Of a stretch of DNA of 64,000 nucleotides, positions 29,725 through 39,518 are shown piece by piece. The position numbers and the translations under genes were made by a program. The notes beneath the pieces were generated by a model. It had not been told where the DNA came from. It made no database searches and worked only from the letters and a program-made list of their open reading frames with translations. The DNA comes from Gammaproteobacteria bacterium (lineage in GTDB: Bacteria; Pseudomonadota; Gammaproteobacteria; Eutrophobiales; Eutrophobiaceae): the NCBI GenBank assembly GCA_965221695.1, contig OZ244905.1, positions 1,856,001 to 1,920,000 on the forward strand, in the 5' to 3' direction. Positions within the stretch are counted from its first letter, which is position 1, and each line of letters begins with the position of its first letter.

Positions 29725-30990
29725 ATGAAAATACTCATCATTGGCGCCGGCATACAAGGGATCACAACCGCCTGGTACCTGAACCGATACCAGGTTGATG
29801 TCACAGTGCTGGAGCGTAACGAGGGGCCAGGGCTGGACTGCAGTTTCGCCAATGGCGGCGGGATAACCGCCGGCTTCTGTGAGCCCTGGAACGCGCCGGG
29901 GATACACAGAACGTTGTGGCAGTCCCTGGGCAGACAGGATTCGCCGATACTGTTACACCTCAAGTCCATTCCCGGTATGTTGTCCTGGGGCCTGGGGTTT
30001 TTACGGGCATCCCGAAAGGAAACCTTTATCGAAAACGTTAAGCGCAATTGCGCATTGGCCAATTATTCCATCGCACTGATGAAGGAAATACGGGAAGAAA
30101 CGGATATCGATTACCGGCATTCCGGCGCCGGCACTTTGCTGCTGTTTCGCAACCAGGAGTCCCTGGATGGACATATCGAACATGCCGGCTTTCTGCGTGA
30201 AGAATGCGGGGCGGCAAACAGGGCGCTGGACCGGGATGAACTGGTCGCCCTGGAGCCTTCCCTGCAACCGATTCGTGACCAACTCGTGGGAGGAATACAC
30301 TTTCCCGGCGACGAGACCGGGGATTGTCATATTTTTTGCGGGAAGATCGCCGAACTATTACAGAACATCGGCGTGGATTTTCGTTACGGCGCCGGCGCCA
30401 CACGAATCGTCCGGGAGGGTTCATCGTTCAAGGTTCAGTTGTCCGCGGGCGGCGCCCTGACCGCGGATGCGGTTGTCGTCGCCGCCGGCGCATACAGCCC
30501 GAAGCTGGCGCGTCCACTGGGGGTCCGTATCCCTGTCTATCCGGCGAAAGGCTACTCGTTGACGATCTCCATGGATGGCTGGAAAAACCGGCCGCGGCAT
30601 ATCATGGGCGACATGGACTTGCACGCCGGGATAAATCCATTGGGCGATGAAGTCCTGAGGGTCGCAGGCACTGCAGAATTTACCGGTTTCGACAAATCGA
30701 TTCCTGCTGCCCGGACAGGCAACCTGGTCAGGCTGGTTGAGGCTGTTTTTCCTGAATTGGCGAGGATCATGGATCGGGATTCGCTCAACCCGTGGACGGG
30801 GTTAAGACCTATGAGCAGCGATGGTGTGCCGATTCTCGGGAAAACACCGGCGCCCGGACTCTATCTGAATACCGGCCAGGGACATCTCGGCTGGACCATG
30901 GCGGCGGCATCGGGGCGGGTGGTGGCGGATGTCATCATCGGAAAGACACCGGCAGTGGACCTGACTCACTACTCGATGAACAGGTTTTGA
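29725..30990 (+). CDS. D-amino acid dehydrogenase (DadA-like)
   Basis: GAGIQG, SFANGG, DETGDC, YPAKGYS, RVAGTAEF, WTGLRP, NTGQGHLGWT. Confidence 0.88.
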   Translation: MKILIIGAGIQGITTAWYLNRYQVDVTVLERNEGPGLDCSFANGGGITAGFCEPWNAPGIHRTLWQSLGRQDSPILLHLKSIPGMLSWGLGFLRASRKETFIENVKRNCALANYSIALMKEIREETDIDYRHSGAGTLLLFRNQESLDGHIEHAGFLREECGAANRALDRDELVALEPSLQPIRDQLVGGIHFPGDETGDCHIFCGKIAELLQNIGVDFRYGAGATRIVREGSSFKVQLSAGGALTADAVVVAAGAYSPKLARPLGVRIPVYPAKGYSLTISMDGWKNRPRHIMGDMDLHAGINPLGDEVLRVAGTAEFTGFDKSIPAARTGNLVRLVEAVFPELARIMDRDSLNPWTGLRPMSSDGVPILGKTPAPGLYLNTGQGHLGWTMAAASGRVVADVIIGKTPAVDLTHYSMNRF

Positions 30991-31003
30991 CAGGTCGAAA
31001 AAA

Positions 31004-32647
31004 ATGCTCAATTCAATAGTGGAACATCGACCCGGTTGGAAATGTCTGCATGGATTTGCCAATGTCCTGTTTCTGGCGCTTATCTGTTCTACCTGCGCCA
31101 CTGCAGCAGACTATGATGTCGCCATTCTGAACGGCAGGGTGATGGACCCTGAAACCGGTTTCGATCGAGTCCGGAACGTTGGACTTCGCGGCGGAATGAT
31201 AGTCGCGATCACAACCGACTCCATCTCGGGCGATAGGATTATCGATGCGACCGGGCATATCGTCACTGCGGGCTTCATCGATTCGCATGTGCACAGCCTC
31301 GATTTGTTCTCAGTTAAATTATTGATGCGGGATGGGGTCACCACGGGCATGGACCTGGAAGTGGGCGCATGGCCGGTGGGTCCTTGGTATCAAGGGAAAA
31401 AAAACAACTGGCCGATCAATTACGGCACAACCGTAAGTCAGGAGATAGTGCGCATGTCCGTGCACGATGCGAATGACGGTATCGACTTTAGCGTACCCAT
31501 AGATGCAACGGGTTTGAGCGATGCGCGAACGGCAAGCCTCAAAGACGGCATAGAGGGCTGGTCGGTGACAAAGAGCAACCTTGAGCAAATGAATGAGATT
31601 TCCCGCCGGCTTGATCAGGGTCTGAGTGAGGGCGCTCTGGGTTTAGGTTCCACTATCGGTTATATGCGTAAAGGGGTCAGCACCTACGAGATGTTTGAAG
31701 CACAACGGGCGGCAGCGCGTTATGGCCGGCTTACCGCCGCACACCTGCGGTTTCATCCGATGAACAAAACACCGACGGAATCACCCATCGGCTTTGCCGA
31801 AGCGTTCACCAACGCCGTGACGTTGCAGGCGCCCTTGTTAATCTCCCACAACAATGACTACGGCTGGTGGGAGATTGAAGAGAAACTGGCGCTGGCCAGG
31901 GAACAGGGACTCAATATGTGGTCTGAATACTATCCCTATACCGCAGGAGCCGGCCCGCTGGGCAGCGAGTTTCTGCGACCGGAAATGTGGGAGGATACGC
32001 TGGGTTACAAGTATGAGCAGACCTTGTTTGATCCGATACAAAACAAATTTTTGAACCGGGATGAATATTTTGAGGCCGTTGCAACAGATCCGGGGCGGAC
32101 TGTCATCGCCCATGTGCCACCACGTAAACCCTGGTTGCGTAAGTGGCTGAACGTGCCTCACATGGTTGTCGCGGGCGATACCATGTGGAGTACGGACAAG
32201 GACGGCAAGCCTCTCGGCTGGGACGATCCGTATGAGGACTATGTCGGGCACCCGAGGACGGCAGGCACGCGGGGCAAGGCGCTCCGGCTGGCCCGCGAGG
32301 AAAATATCCCCCTGATGTTTACCCTGTCGCAATTAAGTTACTGGCATGCAAAACACCTTGGTGATGCCGGCATTGAGGCGATGAAAGTACGCGGACGAAT
32401 GCAGCAAGGCATGGTGGCGGACATCGTCGTATTTGATCCGGACAGGGTTACTGACAATGCTGACTTCAAACAGGGCGCTAACGGTAATCCGACTACCGGC
32501 ATCCCCTATGTTCTGGTTAATGGCCGGTTCGTCGTGGATGATTCGGAGGTGAAAAAAGTAATGGCGGGCAAGCCGATTCGCTATCCGGTTGAAGAAAAGG
32601 GCCGGTTTAAGCCCGTGACGGCAGCGCAATATCCGGTGGGTGGATAG
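31004..32647 (+). CDS. amidohydrolase, N-acyl-D-amino-acid deacylase-like, with signal peptide
   Basis: YDVAILNGRVMDPE, GFIDSHVH, DGVTT, HPRTAGT, ADIVVFDP, GIPYVLVNG. Confidence 0.8.
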   Translation: MLNSIVEHRPGWKCLHGFANVLFLALICSTCATAADYDVAILNGRVMDPETGFDRVRNVGLRGGMIVAITTDSISGDRIIDATGHIVTAGFIDSHVHSLDLFSVKLLMRDGVTTGMDLEVGAWPVGPWYQGKKNNWPINYGTTVSQEIVRMSVHDANDGIDFSVPIDATGLSDARTASLKDGIEGWSVTKSNLEQMNEISRRLDQGLSEGALGLGSTIGYMRKGVSTYEMFEAQRAAARYGRLTAAHLRFHPMNKTPTESPIGFAEAFTNAVTLQAPLLISHNNDYGWWEIEEKLALAREQGLNMWSEYYPYTAGAGPLGSEFLRPEMWEDTLGYKYEQTLFDPIQNKFLNRDEYFEAVATDPGRTVIAHVPPRKPWLRKWLNVPHMVVAGDTMWSTDKDGKPLGWDDPYEDYVGHPRTAGTRGKALRLAREENIPLMFTLSQLSYWHAKHLGDAGIEAMKVRGRMQQGMVADIVVFDPDRVTDNADFKQGANGNPTTGIPYVLVNGRFVVDDSEVKKVMAGKPIRYPVEEKGRFKPVTAAQYPVGG

Positions 32648-32658
32648 CCGGGAGGTCG

Positions 32659-35600
32659 TCAGGCCGCTTGCGCATTTGTTCCGTCTGCCGGGTTGCGCCA
32701 GCAATGCAGCAACTCTTTTTGCTTCTCGCGCGTTTTGGCAACGCTCTCTTCCTTGATATGACCATAGCCGCGTATCTGTTCCGGCTGGCTGGCTATTTCC
32801 ACCGCCAAAGAGTGATTATCATAGTTGAGCGCCTGTAACAGTTCCAACAGCGTCTGTTTGTACTCAGCGCTTAACTGCCGTTCCATCTTGCGGTGCGCGC
32901 TCTTGCCAAACGGGTCGAAAGGGGTGCCGCGCAGGAACTTGAGCCGCTTGAGCAATCCGAACAATGGCAACAGCCAGGGGCCGAATTCCATTTTGCTCGG
33001 CTTGCCGGTGAACTTGTCCTTTCGCGCCAGCAATGGCGGAGAAAGGTTGAAGCGCAGTCTGTAATCGCCTTCAAACTGCTCATTGAGTTTTTGTTTGAAT
33101 GCCGGGTCACAATACAGCCGCGCAACTTCGTACTCGTCTTTGTAGGCCATCAGCTTATAGGCATAGCGGGCAACCGCATGGGTCAATCCGGTCTTGCCGG
33201 GAGTACGTTCCCGCTCGGTGTTGCTCACCTTCTCGACCAGGGCCGTGTAACGTTCGGCATAGGCTGCATCCTGATATTCAACCAGATCGTCTGCCCGACG
33301 TTGAATAAAGTCTTCCAGGGAAACATCGGCTGTGGCCGAATCAACATCAACAGGCGTTGCGCAAAGCTCAGCCACGGCGCTGAGGTTGTGGGCGGCGCGC
33401 CGGCCCCAGCGCCAGGCTTCCTGATTCCAGTCAACGGCAACACCATTAAGTTCAATCGCCTGCATAACAGCCTGCTCGGACAATGGGATAAGACCCTTCT
33501 GCCAGGCATAACCGACCAGGAACAGGTTCCCTGCTATCGCATCCCCGAGTAGGCGCGTTGCCAACCGGGTATTCTCCAGCAGCTCAAGCCGATTGCGGCC
33601 CAATGCCCCTTCCAGGCGTTTCCGTAGTGACGCGCCGGGGTAAAGGAGATCGGCGCTGCGCGTGAAATCTCCGGTGATGGTCTCGTGAGAGTTGACTATA
33701 GCCTGGGTCCTGTCAGGATTCAGTAGCGGCAAAACACTGTCGCTTGCCGCCACGACTAAATCACAACCCAGCAGCAGGTCAACAGCGCCGGCATTCAAAC
33801 GGACTGCGTTGATTTCTTCAGGCGTGGAACCGATACGCACATGGGTCAGCACAGGTCCGCCTTTCTGGGCAAAACCCATCTGGTCGACAACGGCAATGCC
33901 GCGGCCTTCGATGTGCGCGGCCATGCCCAGCAGAGCGCCGATGGTGACAACGCCGGTGCCGCCCACCCCGGCGATCAAGATGCCGTAATTGCCTGCCGCG
34001 AGATCGGGTTGATCAGGCTCAGGCAATGCGCGCAAAGCTTCCGGCAGTGTATCAAGCGTATTTTGCATTCCCCTGCCCTTGCGTAATTCACCCCCGACAA
34101 CCGTGACGAAACTCGGACAGAAACCGTCCGCGCAGGAATAGTCTTTGTTGCAGGATGATTGGTCTATGAACCGTTTGCGGCCATAGTCCGTAGCCAGGGG
34201 CTGTACCGACACACAGTTGGATTGCAAACTGCAATCGCCGCAGCCTTCACATACCCTGTCGTTGATGAACATGCGCTTTGCCGGGTCGGGAAATGTGCCG
34301 CGTTTGCGCCGCCGGCGTTTTTCCGCGGCGCAGGTCTGGTCGTAAATAAGGACTGTGGTACCTGCAACCTCGCGTAAGTCACGTTGCACCTGGTCCAGTT
34401 CCCGGCGATGGCGCACAGTGGCGCCGGCAGCGAAACCGGCGGCGGATCCATATTTTTCCGGTTCGTCAGTAACAACCATAATCCTGTTTACCCCCTCGGC
34501 GTGGAGCTGATGGGTAATCTGCCGCACCGTCAGAGGCCCATCCACGGGTTGCCCCCCGGTCATGGCAACCGCGTCGTTGTAGAGGATCTTGAAGGTGATA
34601 TTAACACCGGATGCGACCGCCGCCCGGATCGCGAGCGAGCCGGAATGGTAGTAAGTGCCGTCTCCAATCTGGGCAAAAACATGGCCGGTCTTCACGAATG
34701 GCGCCTGGCCGATCCAGGGAACACCCTCCCCGCCCATCTGGGTCCAGCCGTATACATCTCTTTCCATCCAGGTCGCCATGAAATGGCAACCCACTCCGGC
34801 GCTGGCGCGGCTGCCTTCAGGCACTTTCGTGGACGTGTTATGGGGGCATCCGGAACAAAAATAGGGTAGCCGTGACACTTCCGCTGCGGGTCTTAGCGCA
34901 GCCTGTTCCCGTTGGTTATTCAGGTAGCCCAGGCGCGCCTGCAACCTGTCGCTGTCATGAAAGTAGCGGATCCTGGCGGCGATCAATGCCGCGATCCCGT
35001 CTGCATCCAGTGTTCCCGCGGGATCAACCAGTAATTTACCGTGCTCATCATAGCGGCCGACAATGCGCGGACGTTCGGCTTCAGGCAACTGGTAACAAGC
35101 CTGGCGCAGCCCGTTCTCAACCTGCTCCCGTTTGTCTTCGATGACAAACACCTCTTCCAATCCGCGGGCAAATTCCCGATAAGTCATTTCATCCACCGGA
35201 AAAGGCATGCCCACCTTCAGGATCGTAATCCCAACCGCTGTGGCAACGCCCTCGTCGATGCCAAGGTCCAGCAATGCCTGCTGCGCGTCACGCCAGGTCT
35301 TGCCCATGGCGGCGATTCCAAACCTGGGCCTGGCGCTGCTATGAGACACGTAATTCAAGTGGTTGGCGCGCGCAAACGAAATTGCGGCAGGCAGTCGGTA
35401 ATGGCGCAAACGTTTTTCCTGTAGGAACCAGAGGTCTCCTCGGCGGGCATTGACTCCATCAGGCGGAAATTCAAACTCGGGAATCACGATGTCGATATGC
35501 CCATGATCAGCCCGGATGGAGGCCGCAGTTTCTATCGTCTCCGGCAACAACTTGTAACCGATCCAGTTGCCGCTGAAGCGGGACAGCGCGATAGCCAACA

Positions 35601-36150
35601 AGCCCATATCGAATACTTCCTGGATATCCGCCGGATACAGGACCGGCATCAGCAGTTCCTCAAACAGCAATTCGGAATGCCAGGCGGAGACCGTGGATGT
35701 CATATTGGGATCATCACCGGACAACGCCAGTATGCCGCCGTATTTTGCCGTGCCATGCCAGTGAGCCTGACGCATGGCATCAAGGCTCCGATCAACTCCC
35801 GGACCTTTGCCATACCACATGCCGAATACACCGTCGTAGTTGGCGTCGTTGTAATAATGAACCTGTTGCGAACCCCACAGGGCAGTGGCAGCCAGATCTT
35901 CATTCAGGCCGGGCCAGAATTTGATGTGATGTTCCTGCAAATACTTTTCGGCGCCCCAGAGTTGCTGGTCTATGGCCGTCATTGGGGAGCCGCGATAACC
36001 GGATATGAAACCCGCGGTATTCAACCCCGCGGCCAAGTCCCTGCGCCTTTGCGTCAGCAACAAGCGGATAATTGCCTGCGTGCCCGTGAGGTATACCCTG
36101 CCCTCGTCCAGGGTATATTTATCATCCAGCTTGACTGCGGCCAGCGTCAT
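32659..36150 (-). CDS. indolepyruvate:ferredoxin oxidoreductase family protein (fused single chain)
   Basis: SGYRGSP, CSGCPHN, TPP-binding GDGTY...YNDAVAMTGGQ, ferredoxin-type CEGCGDC, GVGGTG, AYKDEYEVARL. Confidence 0.95.
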   Translation of the reverse strand: MTLAAVKLDDKYTLDEGRVYLTGTQAIIRLLLTQRRRDLAAGLNTAGFISGYRGSPMTAIDQQLWGAEKYLQEHHIKFWPGLNEDLAATALWGSQQVHYYNDANYDGVFGMWYGKGPGVDRSLDAMRQAHWHGTAKYGGILALSGDDPNMTSTVSAWHSELLFEELLMPVLYPADIQEVFDMGLLAIALSRFSGNWIGYKLLPETIETAASIRADHGHIDIVIPEFEFPPDGVNARRGDLWFLQEKRLRHYRLPAAISFARANHLNYVSHSSARPRFGIAAMGKTWRDAQQALLDLGIDEGVATAVGITILKVGMPFPVDEMTYREFARGLEEVFVIEDKREQVENGLRQACYQLPEAERPRIVGRYDEHGKLLVDPAGTLDADGIAALIAARIRYFHDSDRLQARLGYLNNQREQAALRPAAEVSRLPYFCSGCPHNTSTKVPEGSRASAGVGCHFMATWMERDVYGWTQMGGEGVPWIGQAPFVKTGHVFAQIGDGTYYHSGSLAIRAAVASGVNITFKILYNDAVAMTGGQPVDGPLTVRQITHQLHAEGVNRIMVVTDEPEKYGSAAGFAAGATVRHRRELDQVQRDLREVAGTTVLIYDQTCAAEKRRRRKRGTFPDPAKRMFINDRVCEGCGDCSLQSNCVSVQPLATDYGRKRFIDQSSCNKDYSCADGFCPSFVTVVGGELRKGRGMQNTLDTLPEALRALPEPDQPDLAAGNYGILIAGVGGTGVVTIGALLGMAAHIEGRGIAVVDQMGFAQKGGPVLTHVRIGSTPEEINAVRLNAGAVDLLLGCDLVVAASDSVLPLLNPDRTQAIVNSHETITGDFTRSADLLYPGASLRKRLEGALGRNRLELLENTRLATRLLGDAIAGNLFLVGYAWQKGLIPLSEQAVMQAIELNGVAVDWNQEAWRWGRRAAHNLSAVAELCATPVDVDSATADVSLEDFIQRRADDLVEYQDAAYAERYTALVEKVSNTERERTPGKTGLTHAVARYAYKLMAYKDEYEVARLYCDPAFKQKLNEQFEGDYRLRFNLSPPLLARKDKFTGKPSKMEFGPWLLPLFGLLKRLKFLRGTPFDPFGKSAHRKMERQLSAEYKQTLLELLQALNYDNHSLAVEIASQPEQIRGYGHIKEESVAKTREKQKELLHCWRNPADGTNAQAA

Positions 36151-36153
36151 GTA

Positions 36154-36648
36154 TCAATAGAGTTCCAGTTCGGCTTCGATCTCTACCGGAATGCCGAACG
36201 GCAACTCAGCCATGCCGACTGCCGAGCGGGTGGCCAGACCTCGCTCCTTGCCAAAAACTTCCAGTATGGTCTTGGAAAAGCCGTTGATTACCGACACCTG
36301 GTTTTTGAAACCCGGCGCCGAGTTGACCATGCCCAAAACCTTAACCCAGCTTTTTACCTTGTTCAGTTCGCCCAATTCCCGCTGAATCGTGCCCAGCATG
36401 GATAGCGCGGTTTTGCGGGCCGCTTCAGCGCCCTGCTCAACAGTGAGGTCGGAACCCACTTTACCCAACGGCAGGGCAATGCTGCCATCGGTTTCCTGAG
36501 GGCCATGGCCGGAAACCAGCGCGCGCGTGCCTACGACCTTGATAAAGACTAGCGGGGCTTCTATATCCGGAGGTATCGCCAGCGGCGCCGGCAACACCAG
36601 TCCGAGTTCCTTTATGCGTTCATCAGGATTAATCGTGTCTTTGCTCAC
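36154..36648 (-). CDS. RidA/YjgF family protein
   Basis: ELGLVLP, VSGHGP, GKVG, KVLGMVNS, INGFS, RSAVGMAELP, PVEIE. Probable GTG start at 36648. Confidence 0.88.
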   Translation of the reverse strand: MSKDTINPDERIKELGLVLPAPLAIPPDIEAPLVFIKVVGTRALVSGHGPQETDGSIALPLGKVGSDLTVEQGAEAARKTALSMLGTIQRELGELNKVKSWVKVLGMVNSAPGFKNQVSVINGFSKTILEVFGKERGLATRSAVGMAELPFGIPVEIEAELELY

Positions 36649-36846
36649 AGTTTGTCTCACGGAGATGGCGAAGTAGATAATACTATTATGCCACCGCTCT
36701 GCTGCCGGGTTTATCATAATCGGCACAGCGTCTGTCCTGTAGCAAGCGCCATGCCGGGAAGGATAAGCCACCTGCAGCTAAGGATTGGAATTCTGGGCCG
36801 TGACAACAGATAATGATCGAATACTAATCACGGATCCAGAAACGAT

Positions 36847-38013
36847 ATGCCGGCCATATCCCGACAATCCCGACTTAACAACTGCCATAACATTGATGAT
36901 TTGCGCGAGTTGGCCAGAAAACGTCTGCCCAGGTTTATTTATGATTACCTTGAAGGCGGCGCCGATGACGAGTTTACCCTGTCCCGAAACCGTAACGTGT
37001 TTTCAGAGTTTTTCCTGCTGCAAAGAGTACTGGTGGATATCTCCGGGATAGATACCTCAACGACTGTGCTGGGCGAGCAGGTAGCCGCGCCGATCATCCT
37101 GACCTCAACCGGGGCCAACCGGCTGTATCATGCCGAGGGAGAACTGGCCGTTGCCAGGGCGGCAGCCAGGGAGAATATCATCCAGGTCCTGGCGTCGACC
37201 GCGATGGTCTCCTTCGATGAGGTGGCGGCAGATACGAACGGGCCGAAATGGTGCCAGATGTATGTCTTGAAAGATCGTGGATTCACCCGCGAGTTGACAG
37301 CGCAATGCCGCGCATTGGGTTACAAGGCCATGGTCCTGACCGCGGACTGCGCCGTTGCCGGCAACCGGGAACGGGATTATCGCAACCGCTTCACTTTGCC
37401 GCCAAGACCCACCTTGAAGGTATTGCGACAATTGTCTGCGCGCCCCGGCTGGTTGTGGGAGTACCTGCTGGCGCCAGCCTATAATTTTCCCAATTTTGCC
37501 GGCGCGCTGGATAATCATGACGACGTGTCATCTATCGTGCAATGGTTTGGCAACCAGTTGGACACGACTTTCACCTGGCATGACGCGGCCAGGCTGGCAG
37601 AAGACTGGAACGGGCCTTTTGTCGTCAAAGGCATTACCCATGTGGAAGATGCGAAGCTGGCCGCGCAAATCGGCGCCGCGGGCATCTCCTTATCCAGCCA
37701 CGGTGGCCGGCAACTGGACCACGCGCCCTCCCCGCTGGAAACGTTGCAAGAGGTCATGGACGCAGTAGGCGACAGGCTGGAAGTATTTATTGACAGTGGC
37801 TTCCGGCGCGGCACGGACATCATCAAAGCGCTTGCGCTGGGGGCGCGTGCCTGTCTCATCGGACGTCCTTACCTGTACGGTCTGGCTGCCGGCGGTGAAG
37901 CAGGTGTCGCACGGGCGCTGGATATCTTGCGCGCGGAACTGGAACGAGATATGGCTCTGATGGGCATCACGAGCATCGCAGGGATAACATCCGATTGTGT
38001 CCGCCGGCGTTAG
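36847..38013 (+). CDS. FMN-dependent alpha-hydroxy-acid dehydrogenase/oxidase (LldD/mandelate dehydrogenase family)
   Basis: YDYLEGGADDE, GNRERD, VKGI, SHGGRQLD, DSGFRRGTD, GRPYLYGL. Confidence 0.92.
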   Translation: MPAISRQSRLNNCHNIDDLRELARKRLPRFIYDYLEGGADDEFTLSRNRNVFSEFFLLQRVLVDISGIDTSTTVLGEQVAAPIILTSTGANRLYHAEGELAVARAAARENIIQVLASTAMVSFDEVAADTNGPKWCQMYVLKDRGFTRELTAQCRALGYKAMVLTADCAVAGNRERDYRNRFTLPPRPTLKVLRQLSARPGWLWEYLLAPAYNFPNFAGALDNHDDVSSIVQWFGNQLDTTFTWHDAARLAEDWNGPFVVKGITHVEDAKLAAQIGAAGISLSSHGGRQLDHAPSPLETLQEVMDAVGDRLEVFIDSGFRRGTDIIKALALGARACLIGRPYLYGLAAGGEAGVARALDILRAELERDMALMGITSIAGITSDCVRRR

Positions 38014-38028
38014 CCTGGAGAGACCTCT

Positions 38029-39363
38029 ATGCCCGTATTGAGCGAAAACTCTCCCATTATTTTCCAGGACAAACTGCCGGAAGCCGCCGATGTGGTGATC
38101 ATTGGCGGTGGCATAGCCGGCATTTGCGCTGCCTGGTTTCTGGTGAAAGACGGCGTTTCAGTACTGGTATGCGAAAAGGGCAGGATCGCCGGTGAACAAT
38201 CCAGCCGCAACTGGGGCTGGGTAAGGCAGATGGGCCGGGATGAAGCGGAACTGCCGATTATGATGGATTCCATCAATCTCTGGGAAGGTTTGGCGCAAGA
38301 AATCGGAGAAGATGTGGGTTTCCGGCGCGGTGGCATCCTGTTTCTGGCAGAAAATGAACAGGAACAGGAGGAATTCGAGCAATGGCTGGCGATCGCGAAG
38401 CAGCGCCAACTCGACAGCCGTCCACTCGGCCGCGGCGAACTGCAAAAACTGGTCGACGGCGGTGGCAACAGGTGGCACGGAGCCATCTATACCCCCAGTG
38501 ACGGGCGGGCGGAACCCTTCAAGGCTGTCCCGACTATCGCCAGAGCGGCGCAACGCGCCGGCTGCAGTATCATCGAAAATTGCGCTGTGAGAACCATCGA
38601 AACGCAAGCCGGCAGAACGAGCGCGGTAATAACGGAACTGGGCCGCGTGCGAGCCAATGCCGTTCTTTGCGCGGGTGGCGCCTGGTCCACCATGTTTCTG
38701 GGCAACCTGGGGGTTACTCTGCCGCAGCTCGTTGTGCGCGGCACAGTGGCGCGTACCGGGGCTGCTCCGGAGGTCTTTCCCGGCTGTGCTGCGTCCCACA
38801 GGTTTGCCTTCAGACGCAGGGAGGACGGCGGTTATACCCTGGCTTTGAGCGATTATCTTGAACATTTCCCCGGCGCCGACAGTATCAGGCGCCTGGTAAC
38901 GTTCTGGCCTGCCTTCAAGCAGATTCGAAAAGCCATCAAACTGCGTTTGGGCATGGATCTGTTTGCCAGGATGTTTCCGCAACGCAGGTGGCAGGCAGAT
39001 GAGATAACACCGTTTGAACGCATCCGGGTACTCAACCCGGAGCCATGTCCCTGGGCAGTCAGTGAATTGCGAAAACGCATGGTTGACCACTTGCCCGCAT
39101 TGGCCGAGGTAGGAATCGAGGAGTCATGGGCGGGCATGATCGAGGCAACACCTGATTTTGTGCCGGTACTGGATCAGGTACCCGGTTACCCGGGATTTTA
39201 CCTGGCTACCGGTTTCAGCGGCCATGGTTTCGGCATCGGTCCCGGCGCCGGGCGCATCATGGCGCGCCTGCTGCAAGGCAAACCGGCAGGATATGACCTT
39301 GGCCGTTTTCGTTTCACGCGCTTTAGCGACGGCAGCCCAATTATTCCCGGCCCTGCACTGTAA
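38029..39363 (+). CDS. FAD-dependent oxidoreductase, D-amino acid oxidase/deaminase family
   Basis: GGGIAG, GEQSSRNWGWVRQ, TPSDGRAEP, WAGMIEATPD, TGFSGHGFGIGP. Confidence 0.9.
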   Translation: MPVLSENSPIIFQDKLPEAADVVIIGGGIAGICAAWFLVKDGVSVLVCEKGRIAGEQSSRNWGWVRQMGRDEAELPIMMDSINLWEGLAQEIGEDVGFRRGGILFLAENEQEQEEFEQWLAIAKQRQLDSRPLGRGELQKLVDGGGNRWHGAIYTPSDGRAEPFKAVPTIARAAQRAGCSIIENCAVRTIETQAGRTSAVITELGRVRANAVLCAGGAWSTMFLGNLGVTLPQLVVRGTVARTGAAPEVFPGCAASHRFAFRRREDGGYTLALSDYLEHFPGADSIRRLVTFWPAFKQIRKAIKLRLGMDLFARMFPQRRWQADEITPFERIRVLNPEPCPWAVSELRKRMVDHLPALAEVGIEESWAGMIEATPDFVPVLDQVPGYPGFYLATGFSGHGFGIGPGAGRIMARLLQGKPAGYDLGRFRFTRFSDGSPIIPGPAL

Positions 39364-39518
39364 GCATAGAGAATTTCATTTTATGATAAGAGAATTGAAT
39401 GTACTGACTACCGGTTTCTGTGTGCTATATGACATACTTTGTTGCTAAACTGCATACTGTTGATTGTGATCTGGCTGATATCAGCAGGTCACTCCTGTTT
39501 TTCGGGGGATAACCAATA

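Noticed and set aside
35497-36405. 302-aa plus-strand ORF and similar long antisense ORFs (38158-39090, 45724-46644, 48678-49601, 56991-57878)
   Set aside because: All lie opposite well-supported genes and are expected shadows in GC-rich coding DNA.
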